Notes: generated from the letters alone by a model not told the origin. Positions 20,489 to 29,900 are shown, counted from the first letter of the stretch. The stretch is 64,000 nucleotides of DNA from Candidatus Anaerobiospirillum pullistercoris (GCA_019114785.1 DXEV01000168.1:2515-66514), one strand, 5' to 3'. Translations and numbers: made by a program.

Positions 20489-23400
20489 ATGGAAACAGCT
20501 GCAAAGATGGCTGAAAAAGCCAACATTAAGCAATTTTTGCAGGATTTTTGCGTCGAACCTCGCACACTCTCTGAGATCATGTTCAAGCTCTTCCATGATG
20601 TCTATCATGAGGATGAAGCTAAAACGAATGAGGCGCTTTCTGTGGTGCTGGAGTGCATTAAAGAGCGCGAGATCTTTGCTGATGTGACCTCCTGTATGGG
20701 CTTTAGAACTCATGACGACAATACGCGCTATCGCTCTCGTCAGACTAAAGGTGATGAAGAGGACAACCAAAACTCTTGGTCGCTCGAAGATTTCCGTGAG
20801 ATCTTAAAGTTCCTGTCCTTTTTCTATGATCTGGCCTCTGGCTCTTTTTCCTACGAGGTCATCAGCCCAGATTGCCTTTACGGTCGAAGCACGACCGCCA
20901 AGCGTAATACGCTCATTGAGCCTAATGGTTTTTCTCTTGTAGATACCGTCTCCTTACGCAATGACAACCCAGATGATGCCTCAAAGTTCTCTGGATTTGT
21001 GCGCTTAACCGATTCTGAGTTTGTGAATGCCATTCGTGCGCGGATTAACCAAAAAGACGAGGCCCGTATGGTGCTGGGGGCACCGCTCTTGGTGGTGGAC
21101 AATAAGCGACATGGCGGTTACGAGAACGGTAAGAGCCCATCAGGTTCTAAGCTGGCCCGCTTTAGCTTAGTGCCTGTGTTCTATTTTTCCCTGACTAAGG
21201 CTAAGTTCACCTCCGAGCGCACCTTGCAAAGTGGCGAGGTTATTGGCCCTTTCCTGAATGAGAGCTTTACCAGCCAGATGCTTAAGCTCTACGATGGCAA
21301 GCGTAGTAAACGTAATATTAAGCAGTTGCTTGCAGGTTTAGAGGCGGAGGCAGCAGCTCTGATCGAAAAGGAAAACGATCTGATGACGGTTTGGGAGGGC
21401 ATAAACCGCATTATCTTCACGTTTTTCTCTGATATCTGCTATGGGGCTGGTGGCGACCTTGCTATTGGCAAGATCGGTAAGTTTCAGAAGCTCACAAATC
21501 TCGATCATCTAAGCTCTTTGCTCGTGAATGCCGCCTTAGTGGCACCTGCAAGTGAGTCCAATTTCTCGATCAATACTTCACGGGACTTTAAGAAGATCCT
21601 CCAAGCCTCAGATGATGAGCTGCGCCAGAGTGCCCTGAGCTGCTTCTTTTCTGATCCTAAGACGGATTCCGTTCGAGCTAACAGCTTTAATGCCTTTGGC
21701 GTAGAGAGTCAGGCGGCTGTGGTCTATGACCTCAACGATTCCTATCCTTGTGATCAGGATCAGGCTCAAGCTGTGCGCTCCATGCTTAAGAATGACCTGA
21801 CGGTGCTGCAAGGCCCACCTGGTACCGGTAAGACCATGACTGTGGCTACGGCTGCTTACAACCACCTGTTGCGCGGGCAAAAGGTGTTGGTGACTTCCTA
21901 TAACCATGCGGCTATCGATGCCTTTTACGAGAAGTCGATCATTGAGTTACCTCAAGGCCGTTTTCGCTTTGCTAAGCTCTTGAAGAATCCTGATAACTCC
22001 ACTGCGCTGACTCTCAAGCAGTTAGCTCAAGATCTGGTGCAGCGCTCGAAGCAGGTGTCGGTGGAGCAGACGCAGGCTTTTGAGCATTTTGCGTCGTCGG
22101 TGGAGCAAAAAGAGCAAGAAATTGCGGGATTAGAGCGTCTTTTGCGTGAGTTTGATGTTGATTTTAATAAGAAGCAGTCTGAGCTCGACGAGCAAATGAT
22201 CTGGTTCTTGCGTCAATATGCCACTAACGCTGCTACTGCCGAGTTCCCTAAAGATGTGCACGAGTTTATTTACAAGCAGCTGCTAGAGCCGCTCTTTGGC
22301 CTGAAAAAGGAAAAGGAGAGCGAGAACTGGTCTTTTCATGTGCCTTTCTATACCGAGGCCAAGCAGCAAAAGCAGTATGAGGATGGGATTAACGATCTGA
22401 AGCAGAAACTAGCAGAGCATTCAGAGCTCGACGATACCTATCATCGTCAAGATGGATGTCTAAAGCATCTGCGCCAAAATGTTTACGATTTCCTCAAGGG
22501 TAACAAGCTTATTTACCGTCTGAAGCATGATCAGCTACTGGATATCTTGGATCGAGTGTTGGAGCTGACTCACTTTAAGTCTGCTCTCTGCCAGCAGAAG
22601 AAGGATTTAGGTCTTTCTGAGCCAGACAATCCTGTGCTGGATTTTGGTGAGATCCATGAGCGTATTGTGAATACACGTGCTCAGATCACCAATGATGTCA
22701 CTCAATGGATTGCTAAGATCTCGCCTCAGGAAGAGTTAGTGCCTGCCAAAGCAGGCGCAGGTGCAGGTGCTGGCGTAGGCGCTGGTGGTGTTGTTGGTGG
22801 TGCTAATGATGCTGAGATGAAGAGCCAATGGAAAGCGCCTGCTGTGACTTCGTTGGCAGTTGTGAGTCTGCTGCGTAATGTGCTCAAGCAAAAGGATGTG
22901 GATGAGCTGCTGCTTAAGCCAAAGTATGCGGCAGCAGTATTGGATTTCTTCCCAGTGAGCACTTGCACCTTGCTGAGTGTGGCTGGATCTTTGCCGCTGC
23001 AAAGCGCCATGTTTGATCTGGTGATTTTTGATGAGGCGGCGCAGTTTAACTTCATTGACGCCATACCGATCATGTTCCGTGCTAAGCGTGTGGCGGTGGT
23101 GGGTGATCCTAAGCAGTTAGCGCAGATTGGTTCTTATTCCCAGTCCTTAGTTCTCAAGATTGCTAAAGCCGTTGGTCTGCCAGATAGTCTGAGATTGCGT
23201 CTTGATTGCAATGCCTCGCTCTACGACTTTGCTAATCACAATTGCGCCACTAATATCAAGAAACAAGAACGTGAGCGTGATGGGGAGCTGCACGAGCTTA
23301 ATGGCCTTGATGGCCTTAATGGCTTTAATGGCAAGGATCTTGGCCAAGGTGAGCTCAAAGAGCTTATCTTGCGTCAGAATCGTCGTTCGGTGGGCGATAT

Positions 23401-24472
23401 TGTCAGCTATATTTCGCGCAGCTTCTATGAGGATCAACTGACATGTAAAACTGAGGTTAACCGTCCACAGTTAGAGGCTGAGCATAGGATCTTGCCAGAT
23501 ATGGAGATGGGCTTGCACTTTGTGCAGGTGCCTCACGATGAGCTGTTTAAAGATCCTCTCTCTCGCTCCTCTTTTTCGACTGTAGAAGCTCAGCGTACAC
23601 TGGAGCTTTTACAGCAGATTGTGGCCAGTGGCTATCGTGGCACTATTGGCGTGATTGCTCCATTTAGACGACAGATTGGTGAGCTGCAAATGCTGGTGCT
23701 CAGAGATCCAACGCTGCGTGCGCTCTACCAAGAGGGGGAGCGCTTGGTGATCGACACAGTGCACCGCTTCCAGGGTCGTGATTGCGATACCATCATCTAC
23801 AACCTCTGCTTAGCTGCAAGCGGTGGTAGCCAGTTTGCTCTTGATGAGAACATCACTAATGTGGCTTTGTCCCGTGCGCGTTATTATCTGTTTGTGGTGG
23901 GAGATCATCTGGCCTTACAGGTGCACGCCAATCAGTCTTTTGTCCGTAATTTGCTGCCATTTGTAGCTTCCCATAATATATCAGGACAAGCCGATGGCGA
24001 GCACAGTGCCGCGTTTGCCGCGTTTGCCGATGTTGCTAAGATCCGCCCATGCTTTGATAGAGTGCGTTTTGATACAGTCTGGGAGCGGATCCTTTTCGAC
24101 CAGCTACGGATTGAGCTGAGAAAAGATGAGTTCTTTGCGCTCTATGATATCCCTCACATGATCTTTACCCAGCTGCCGATTCTGAACTATCGATTAGATA
24201 TGGCCATGATCTGCGGTAATAGGGGCTTAGATATCGAGTGCGATGGCTCTCAGCATTACGTGAATTGGTTTAGCGCTGACAACTTTAAACTGGTGCCCTC
24301 AGATCTCAAACGTGAGGCTGACCTAAGGGCCAATGTTGTGAGTTTTGAGACTATCCGTTTCCGGAATATAGAGATTGAGAACAATCCTGAAGCTTGCGCC
24401 AAGAAGGTGTTAGAGCGCTTTAAGGCGATTGTGCGCGAGGTTCAAGCAGTAGCTCAATCTGCACAGGGATAG
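20489..24472 (+). CDS. SF1B (Upf1/DNA2-like, AAA_11/AAA_12) helicase fused to a C-terminal DUF559/Vsr-like endonuclease domain; unknown 430-aa N-terminal region
   Basis: Walker A is 'LQGPPGTGKT' (GPPGTGKT at nt 21812-21835, from aa 442). Walker B is 'VIFDEAAQ' (DEAAQ at nt 23030-23044, from aa 848). Further helicase motifs are 'VVGDPKQL', 'LRQNRRS', 'TVHRFQGRDCD' and 'NVALSRARYYLFVVGD'. The C-terminus 'GLDIECDGSQHY ... DLKREADLRANVVSFETIRFRN' fits the DUF559/Vsr-type nuclease pattern. About 400 aa of largely helical, partly low-complexity (AGAGAGAGVGAGG) sequence lie between motifs I and II. Confidence 0.85.
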   Translation: METAAKMAEKANIKQFLQDFCVEPRTLSEIMFKLFHDVYHEDEAKTNEALSVVLECIKEREIFADVTSCMGFRTHDDNTRYRSRQTKGDEEDNQNSWSLEDFREILKFLSFFYDLASGSFSYEVISPDCLYGRSTTAKRNTLIEPNGFSLVDTVSLRNDNPDDASKFSGFVRLTDSEFVNAIRARINQKDEARMVLGAPLLVVDNKRHGGYENGKSPSGSKLARFSLVPVFYFSLTKAKFTSERTLQSGEVIGPFLNESFTSQMLKLYDGKRSKRNIKQLLAGLEAEAAALIEKENDLMTVWEGINRIIFTFFSDICYGAGGDLAIGKIGKFQKLTNLDHLSSLLVNAALVAPASESNFSINTSRDFKKILQASDDELRQSALSCFFSDPKTDSVRANSFNAFGVESQAAVVYDLNDSYPCDQDQAQAVRSMLKNDLTVLQGPPGTGKTMTVATAAYNHLLRGQKVLVTSYNHAAIDAFYEKSIIELPQGRFRFAKLLKNPDNSTALTLKQLAQDLVQRSKQVSVEQTQAFEHFASSVEQKEQEIAGLERLLREFDVDFNKKQSELDEQMIWFLRQYATNAATAEFPKDVHEFIYKQLLEPLFGLKKEKESENWSFHVPFYTEAKQQKQYEDGINDLKQKLAEHSELDDTYHRQDGCLKHLRQNVYDFLKGNKLIYRLKHDQLLDILDRVLELTHFKSALCQQKKDLGLSEPDNPVLDFGEIHERIVNTRAQITNDVTQWIAKISPQEELVPAKAGAGAGAGVGAGGVVGGANDAEMKSQWKAPAVTSLAVVSLLRNVLKQKDVDELLLKPKYAAAVLDFFPVSTCTLLSVAGSLPLQSAMFDLVIFDEAAQFNFIDAIPIMFRAKRVAVVGDPKQLAQIGSYSQSLVLKIAKAVGLPDSLRLRLDCNASLYDFANHNCATNIKKQERERDGELHELNGLDGLNGFNGKDLGQGELKELILRQNRRSVGDIVSYISRSFYEDQLTCKTEVNRPQLEAEHRILPDMEMGLHFVQVPHDELFKDPLSRSSFSTVEAQRTLELLQQIVASGYRGTIGVIAPFRRQIGELQMLVLRDPTLRALYQEGERLVIDTVHRFQGRDCDTIIYNLCLAASGGSQFALDENITNVALSRARYYLFVVGDHLALQVHANQSFVRNLLPFVASHNISGQADGEHSAAFAAFADVAKIRPCFDRVRFDTVWERILFDQLRIELRKDEFFALYDIPHMIFTQLPILNYRLDMAMICGNRGLDIECDGSQHYVNWFSADNFKLVPSDLKREADLRANVVSFETIRFRNIEIENNPEACAKKVLERFKAIVREVQAVAQSAQG

Positions 24473-24565
24473 GTTTATACGGCATAAGTTTGTAGCTGAG
24501 CTGTTAAAGCTGTCGCTAGAGCTTAGGTTTGGGATAAGAGTTTTGGTAATTTTGCAGGAACACAG

Positions 24566-26605
24566 ATGGCTATGGAAGAACAAGCCCCAGACGTTGACGC
24601 AAAGGGAGCTCCTGATCAAGGTATAGACTCCAGTGGGCAGGAAAAGAGCGCTTATATTCATGAGGTTGCGCGCAAAGATAAGACGAGCCAAAAGATCAGT
24701 GTTTGGGCATTCTCGCTTATAGTTATCCTTTTCGCTTTTATCTTTGTCGGTTATGTGAGCTGGGTGCTGATAGTTAACTCAAGCCAAACAGATAAGATCC
24801 GTGAAGCCGTTGAGAATCATGCGGATTTGATTGCTTTGGTGACGCAGTCTAAGCAGGATATTGCCCATTTACGTAGTGACAAGCTGGAATTAGAACAAGA
24901 GGTATCTACTTTAACAGCTCAGCGCGACGATCTCGATATCAAGGTGAAAGAGCTTTTGGCCACCAAGCAAGAGATCGATAGCTACTATCAAGAGTATAAG
25001 CTGCGTAAGGACGCTCTGGAAAAGGAATATAGCCTACAAGAGGAAGGCTTAAAGCAGCTTAGTGATAAGCTCGTAGCTACGCAATCTGATGTGACCAAGG
25101 CTGAGGTGGAGCTGGCTGATCTACAAAGTAAGGTAGAGGCTAATCGCCAGTTGGAGCAGCAAAATCGTAAGTTACTCCAAGAGCAAGATAAGTTACAGCG
25201 ACAAAAGAGTCAGCTGGAAACTGAGATAGCTTCGCTGGAGACTACCGTGAAGCAGCATGAGGACACCCTGCGTGCGCTGGCTGCGCGTGAGCAAGAGGTG
25301 GGCTCCATTACTAATCAGCTCAAGGAATTAGTCGCAGGATACGGTGAGCAGGTGACGTCTTTGCTGGATAGCAGCACTAAGCTCAACTCTTTAGCCACAT
25401 CATTGGCGGCCCAAGAGCAAAGTGCCACGTCCTTTGTTAAGCAAGCCGATGCCATGACCAAGCAACTGGATACTATTGGCCAGACTTTAGGGCAGCATGG
25501 CTCCACCATCAATTCTGCTGCTACCAATATTAACGATGCCGTTGCTAAGACCTCTAATGCTATTCATGAGGCCGAGCAGGGACTCAATGCAACGTTTACC
25601 AAGGTTACAGAGTCGTTAGGTCAATCCGAGGAGAAGATGAATGCTGCATTGTCTAGTACATCTAATGCCTTAGAGAGTGCAGGGGATAGTGTGACTAAAG
25701 CAGTGACCCAAGCTACCCAAAGCTTGAGCAATGCTACGGAAAAGGCTGTGACTTCTGTGAACACTGCCGAGAAGAGTGTCACCAGTGCCATCACCAAGAC
25801 TACGACAGCTTTAGCCTCAGCTGAGAAGAGCATAACGGATGTTGCCTCTAATGCAGTGACCCAAGCTACCCAGAGCTTTAGCGCCGCTACGGAAAAGGCA
25901 GTGGCCTCTGTGAATACAGCCGAGAAGAGTGTCATCGATGCTTTCGCTAAGACTACGACTGCGCTGAATTCAGCTGAGCAGAACCTAACGGCGGCTGCCT
26001 CGCAGACCGCAACTGCTATGCAAAGCTTTAGCGCCACTACGGAAAAGGCAGTGACCTCAGTGAACACTGCCGAGAAGAGTGTCACCGATGCCTTCGCTAA
26101 GACTACGACAGCTTTAGCTTCAGCAGAGAAGAACATAACTGATGTTGCCTCTACTGCTGTGACCCAAGCTACCCAGAGCTTTAGCGCCGCTACGGAAAAG
26201 GCAGTAGCCTCTGTGAATACGGCCGAGAAGAGTGTCACCGATACCTTCACCAAGACCACGACTGCGCTGAATTTAGCTGAGCAGAACCTGACGGCTGCAG
26301 CCTCACAGACAGCAATTGCTATGAGTCAAGCCCAAGAAAACGTAAGTTTAGCTTTGACTCAGTCTGTGTCAAATCTCAATGAGCAAGTACAACAGCTTAG
26401 AGCCTCTTTAATGCAGGTTCAGGGCGACTTACAGCAATTTATCCAAGGTCTAGAAACTCAGCAGGCTGGTGCTAATGAGGCTGTGTCATCGCAGTTGTCT
26501 CAGCTGCAAACTCAGCTACAGGAGCTACAGCAGAGCCTTGAGCAGGTGAGCCGTCAGGCCGTGCAGGTGGACGAGGCTACTGTAGCCGTTCCAGAAGCAA
26601 ATTAA
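24566..26605 (+). CDS. Membrane-anchored coiled-coil protein with tandem 50-51-aa repeats
   Basis: One predicted TM ('ISVWAFSLIVILFAFIFVGYVSWVLIV') lies near the N-terminus. About 200 aa of heptad-like K/E/Q/L-rich sequence follow. Then come 4-5 tandem Ala/Thr/Ser-rich repeats ('ATEKAV(T/A)SVNTAEKSV.DAF.KTTTAL.SAE'), then a Q/L-rich tail. AGGAA lies 7 nt upstream of the ATG. I recognise no enzymatic motif. Confidence 0.75.
   Translation: MAMEEQAPDVDAKGAPDQGIDSSGQEKSAYIHEVARKDKTSQKISVWAFSLIVILFAFIFVGYVSWVLIVNSSQTDKIREAVENHADLIALVTQSKQDIAHLRSDKLELEQEVSTLTAQRDDLDIKVKELLATKQEIDSYYQEYKLRKDALEKEYSLQEEGLKQLSDKLVATQSDVTKAEVELADLQSKVEANRQLEQQNRKLLQEQDKLQRQKSQLETEIASLETTVKQHEDTLRALAAREQEVGSITNQLKELVAGYGEQVTSLLDSSTKLNSLATSLAAQEQSATSFVKQADAMTKQLDTIGQTLGQHGSTINSAATNINDAVAKTSNAIHEAEQGLNATFTKVTESLGQSEEKMNAALSSTSNALESAGDSVTKAVTQATQSLSNATEKAVTSVNTAEKSVTSAITKTTTALASAEKSITDVASNAVTQATQSFSAATEKAVASVNTAEKSVIDAFAKTTTALNSAEQNLTAAASQTATAMQSFSATTEKAVTSVNTAEKSVTDAFAKTTTALASAEKNITDVASTAVTQATQSFSAATEKAVASVNTAEKSVTDTFTKTTTALNLAEQNLTAAASQTAIAMSQAQENVSLALTQSVSNLNEQVQQLRASLMQVQGDLQQFIQGLETQQAGANEAVSSQLSQLQTQLQELQQSLEQVSRQAVQVDEATVAVPEAN
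25690..26320. repeat. Tandem 150/153-bp coding repeats (303-bp super-repeat) inside the 24566-26605 gene
   Basis: The (A/T)TEK repeat anchor, keyed on its conserved ACGGAAAAGGC string, recurs with Thr codons at 25736, 25889, 26039 and 26192 (spacings 153, 150, 153 bp). Flanking sequence is near-identical. Confidence 0.85.
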
Positions 26606-26711
26606 GAGTCTTAATCTGCTTCCAGCGCCCGCCCCTCACCAGTCCCAGCTGCTATGGGTGAGACTATAGAAGTGTGAGGAGCGGGTCAGTTGAAGTGGTA
26701 GGAGCGGACTG

Positions 26712-29700
26712 TTAGCTTTCGTCTTTTCCTTCCTCATCTAGGCCTTGCAGCTCAGACATAATGTTAGGGTTACTACCCTCTTTGCGCAGGTACTTCTTAA
26801 CCTCTGGTAAGAGAATATTAAGTTTTTCCTCGACAAAAGAGTGGAACCGCTCTGTAAAGACATAAGATATACGTCTTCCTTTGTTGTAGGGCTCTCGCTG
26901 CTGAATTTGCTGATCGAGTCGTTGGTATGTGCTCAGTGTGTCGTCTAGCAGTTGTTCTATCTCAACAATCTCTGCTTCGTCGATGAAGTTTAGTTCTTCC
27001 TTACGGTAAAGCAGAGAGTACAGCATTACTCTAAGCGACAAGCTGAGTGAACTGCTTCCGATCACTGATTGAGCTTTTATGATTTTTTCACCTAGCTCTG
27101 GGTTATGCACTGTAGCTCGGATTTTATCTTTACTGCTGTCGAGGAGAGCGCGTGCAAACTCAGCCCCCATGCTGAAGTCTTTGGATGACGGGGAAAAGAC
27201 CTGAGGGTGATTTTCGATCAGTAGCAAGGCACCATTCATGTGCCTAGTCTTAAGCGGTGCCATTTGAAGCAGCCATTGACAGCACTTGTTAACCGCTTCC
27301 TTAGAATCAGGCACGAACATACAGTAGCGATGCATTAGCTTGCTCTTGTCTAGAAAATTAGTGCCTATCCTAAAGGCCTGCTCCACGGCTAGAGCTACTG
27401 TATTTGCGATTCCTTCAAGATCAGGGTTGCCAAAAGGCTTAGCTTGAGGGAATGGTAGACATTGGTCGATGTTATCGCAGAATGCTTTAAAGTCACCTTT
27501 TCTGATGTTGGCAAGCAAGAGGGCATGATACATTCTATGGTCTTGCAATAGACGAGCATGGATCTTCTGCTTCATTGTTTGGGAGCCGAATTCACCATTG
27601 TAATACACCAGATCTTGCTGTTTGCGCCCGCCACGGAAAATGATATCCTCTTGCGTTAACTTCTGTTGCCTACGTTGGATTGTAGTAGCTAATTGACCGC
27701 GTGGTTTTAATAATGGTGGGTAGACGCGAGGTAGCTGTGGCAGCTTCTCCGTAAAATCGACTTTTTTGCTTGGATCAAACACTTGCACCTCGCCATGTTG
27801 AGGTAACACACTGCTGACTTCACTGGCGTCAGGATCTGGCTTAATGTGGATTTTGGCGTAGCCAGATAAGGCGCGTTGTTCCACCCAAACTATAACTGGC
27901 TCATCATTATGTGCTTTGCGGCCGGAGGCAAAGGTCAAGGTAGCCTTTTGTACTGATACTGGTGGACTTTGTAAGGTAAAAGGTGTTTCTGTGGCAAGAT
28001 TGATACTATCGTCGTTAAAAGCAGTATCGGTGGAAACGTAGAGCTCAACGTGATCGCTGCCTTTGTTAATAGCTAGTCCTACCTTAGAGCCGGTGATATT
28101 TTGTGTTGGTGCGATGGTGTCATCGTTAATCAGAACCTGCTCTTTGTACTCGGTGTGCTCCTTATTACTGATAACCATTGACAGCTTGGTTAAGCGATCA
28201 AGGTAGGTAGGATGTGTCTGGGGGGCATTGAGGTTGAGGCGTTCTTGGAATAGGAATCCACCTAAAGCCATGTGTTGCCACGCGGTGTTGTGGCGCGATA
28301 ATCTCAATGGTAGAGGATGGGCCTGCATGCTTGCAAGCGAGTCAATGGTTTGGGAATTGCCATAGAGCATTGGGCCAGTAATTAATAGGCACTCGTGTGG
28401 CTCGCTATAGTCTAGATCGTCGAGCTTGTGATCAATCATCACCTTGCGGATCCACTCAGTCATACCCATATAGGCGTCATATGGTATAAATTGCTCAGTA
28501 TCACATCCGTATAACTCATAGAATGATTGAATAGCTAATGAACGAGAGCGCACTTGGGCTCGTTGTTTATCTGTCAATAGCGTATGAATGTGGCACCATT
28601 TATCGATGCTGTGTTTTTGCGGTTGAGGTACACGTAAGACGCGTAAGTGTTCGCTGGTGTCAGATTGTCCCCATGCCTCTGGGAATTGATAGATCACTTG
28701 CGCTATGACCGCATTCTGTAGTTGCTTAAGGATCTGAACGTCGTTCTGCCTTTGAGCAGAAGATAAGCTCTCTATGAGCTTCGTGCTTAAAAACGTGTAA
28801 GCATAGCTGATAGCGTATTGCAAGAAACTGGTACCAATGGCGCAATTCTTATAGACCGATTCACGGCGAATAGGGATGACATAGCTCTGATCAGTGTGTA
28901 GCTTTAGATCATAAGTGGATAGATCGATACTGTCAGGGCCAATGTAGAGCACATGCACGGTAGCAGTATCTTTGTCCTCAGGGGTGTTGCCTTGTGATTC
29001 TTGGGGATGGCTGCTTACATGCTCCACTAGACGCAGCTCTGATTGCGAGCCTGAGTTACTGCTATCTAAACCAGCACGCATAGCCTCAATTTTTGCTCGT
29101 ATTGATTCAGGTGTTTGCTTAGAGTCTTCAGCCTCAAGTTGTTTGTCAAAATCAGCAAAGATATCATTGTTTTGGCTTAGATGCTCGTAAAAGCTAGTAG
29201 CTTCTTGGGATGTGGCCACCTTGGCGCGAGACTCTTCGGCCATATTGGCAATAGATAGGTGAGAGGCAGGCTTAGCTGTACCCATAATAGTGGCAAAGCT
29301 AGGTTCTGGAACAATGTCCTGATCCGAGTAAGCATTGAAGTGGCCGAGCAAGGTAGCAATGGAGCGCCAAAGTAATTGCACCTCAAAGCCAGAGAATGCG
29401 TTGATTAAGGCTTGCTGCTCTGCCTCATCGAAATTATCAGGAATGCAGATGACAAGTTGGCAGTGAGACTGTAGATAAGCCTTATTGGTACGTGTGATTT
29501 TGGCAGGGAGTCTATCCATAGCCTCTGTATCGTTTACAGGGGCGGGCGCTGTATTTGCGGTAGCACGTTTGTGCTCGTCAAAGGTATCGCAGGCTAGCTG
29601 GATGATGTACTTGGCAAGCGAGTTAGCAGCATGTTGCTTATTTTCATCTCGTGGTTGTAGGTGCTTGAGCTGTTGCCAGAGTAAGGCTACTGGGATTCGG

Positions 29701-29897
29701 CTGCTATAGTGGTCATTGTCGATAAGGCCAATACCAGTGCGCTCATACAGTGCATCTTGGCCATACATGTAGAGCTTATTTTCACGGTCTTCAATGACCA
29801 CCGAAGGTAAGTTGCTGTCCTGCATATATACCTTGCCATCAATGACAATGGTGTCAGCAAAGCCGAAAGCACTGATGCTGATAATAGACTTGGCCAT
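26712..29897 (-). CDS. Hsp70/actin-fold protein (NBD plus SBD-beta-like region) with degenerate nucleotide-binding motifs and ~330-aa helical C-terminal domain
   Basis: By-eye alignment to the Hsp70 motifs follows.
- 'IISISAFGFADTIVIDG...NLPSVVIEDRENKLYMYGQDA' corresponds to phosphate-1 plus 'TPSVVAF..G..A'.
- 'LVICIPDNFDEAEQQALINAFSGFEVQLLWRSIATLLGH' corresponds to 'VITVPAYFND.QRQATKDAG.IAGL.V.RIINEPTAAALAY'.
- 'VLYIGPDSIDLSTYDL' corresponds to 'V.DLGGGTFDVSIL'.
- 'LLITGPMLYGN' corresponds to 'ILVGG.TR.P'.
- 'MALGGFLFQERL' corresponds to 'AVA.GAA.QA..L'.
The start is coupled to the upstream gene: a 3-nt gap, with AGGAG 8 nt upstream of the ATG. Confidence 0.6.
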   Translation of the reverse strand: MAKSIISISAFGFADTIVIDGKVYMQDSNLPSVVIEDRENKLYMYGQDALYERTGIGLIDNDHYSSRIPVALLWQQLKHLQPRDENKQHAANSLAKYIIQLACDTFDEHKRATANTAPAPVNDTEAMDRLPAKITRTNKAYLQSHCQLVICIPDNFDEAEQQALINAFSGFEVQLLWRSIATLLGHFNAYSDQDIVPEPSFATIMGTAKPASHLSIANMAEESRAKVATSQEATSFYEHLSQNNDIFADFDKQLEAEDSKQTPESIRAKIEAMRAGLDSSNSGSQSELRLVEHVSSHPQESQGNTPEDKDTATVHVLYIGPDSIDLSTYDLKLHTDQSYVIPIRRESVYKNCAIGTSFLQYAISYAYTFLSTKLIESLSSAQRQNDVQILKQLQNAVIAQVIYQFPEAWGQSDTSEHLRVLRVPQPQKHSIDKWCHIHTLLTDKQRAQVRSRSLAIQSFYELYGCDTEQFIPYDAYMGMTEWIRKVMIDHKLDDLDYSEPHECLLITGPMLYGNSQTIDSLASMQAHPLPLRLSRHNTAWQHMALGGFLFQERLNLNAPQTHPTYLDRLTKLSMVISNKEHTEYKEQVLINDDTIAPTQNITGSKVGLAINKGSDHVELYVSTDTAFNDDSINLATETPFTLQSPPVSVQKATLTFASGRKAHNDEPVIVWVEQRALSGYAKIHIKPDPDASEVSSVLPQHGEVQVFDPSKKVDFTEKLPQLPRVYPPLLKPRGQLATTIQRRQQKLTQEDIIFRGGRKQQDLVYYNGEFGSQTMKQKIHARLLQDHRMYHALLLANIRKGDFKAFCDNIDQCLPFPQAKPFGNPDLEGIANTVALAVEQAFRIGTNFLDKSKLMHRYCMFVPDSKEAVNKCCQWLLQMAPLKTRHMNGALLLIENHPQVFSPSSKDFSMGAEFARALLDSSKDKIRATVHNPELGEKIIKAQSVIGSSSLSLSLRVMLYSLLYRKEELNFIDEAEIVEIEQLLDDTLSTYQRLDQQIQQREPYNKGRRISYVFTERFHSFVEEKLNILLPEVKKYLRKEGSNPNIMSELQGLDEEGKDES

Positions 29898-29900
29898 GTT

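Noticed and set aside
25621-26259. A 212-aa minus-strand ORF opposite the repeat array of the coiled-coil gene.
   Set aside because: It is a mirror ORF kept open by the Ala/Thr/Ser-codon repeats. It has the same periodicity as the sense repeats and no independent signals.
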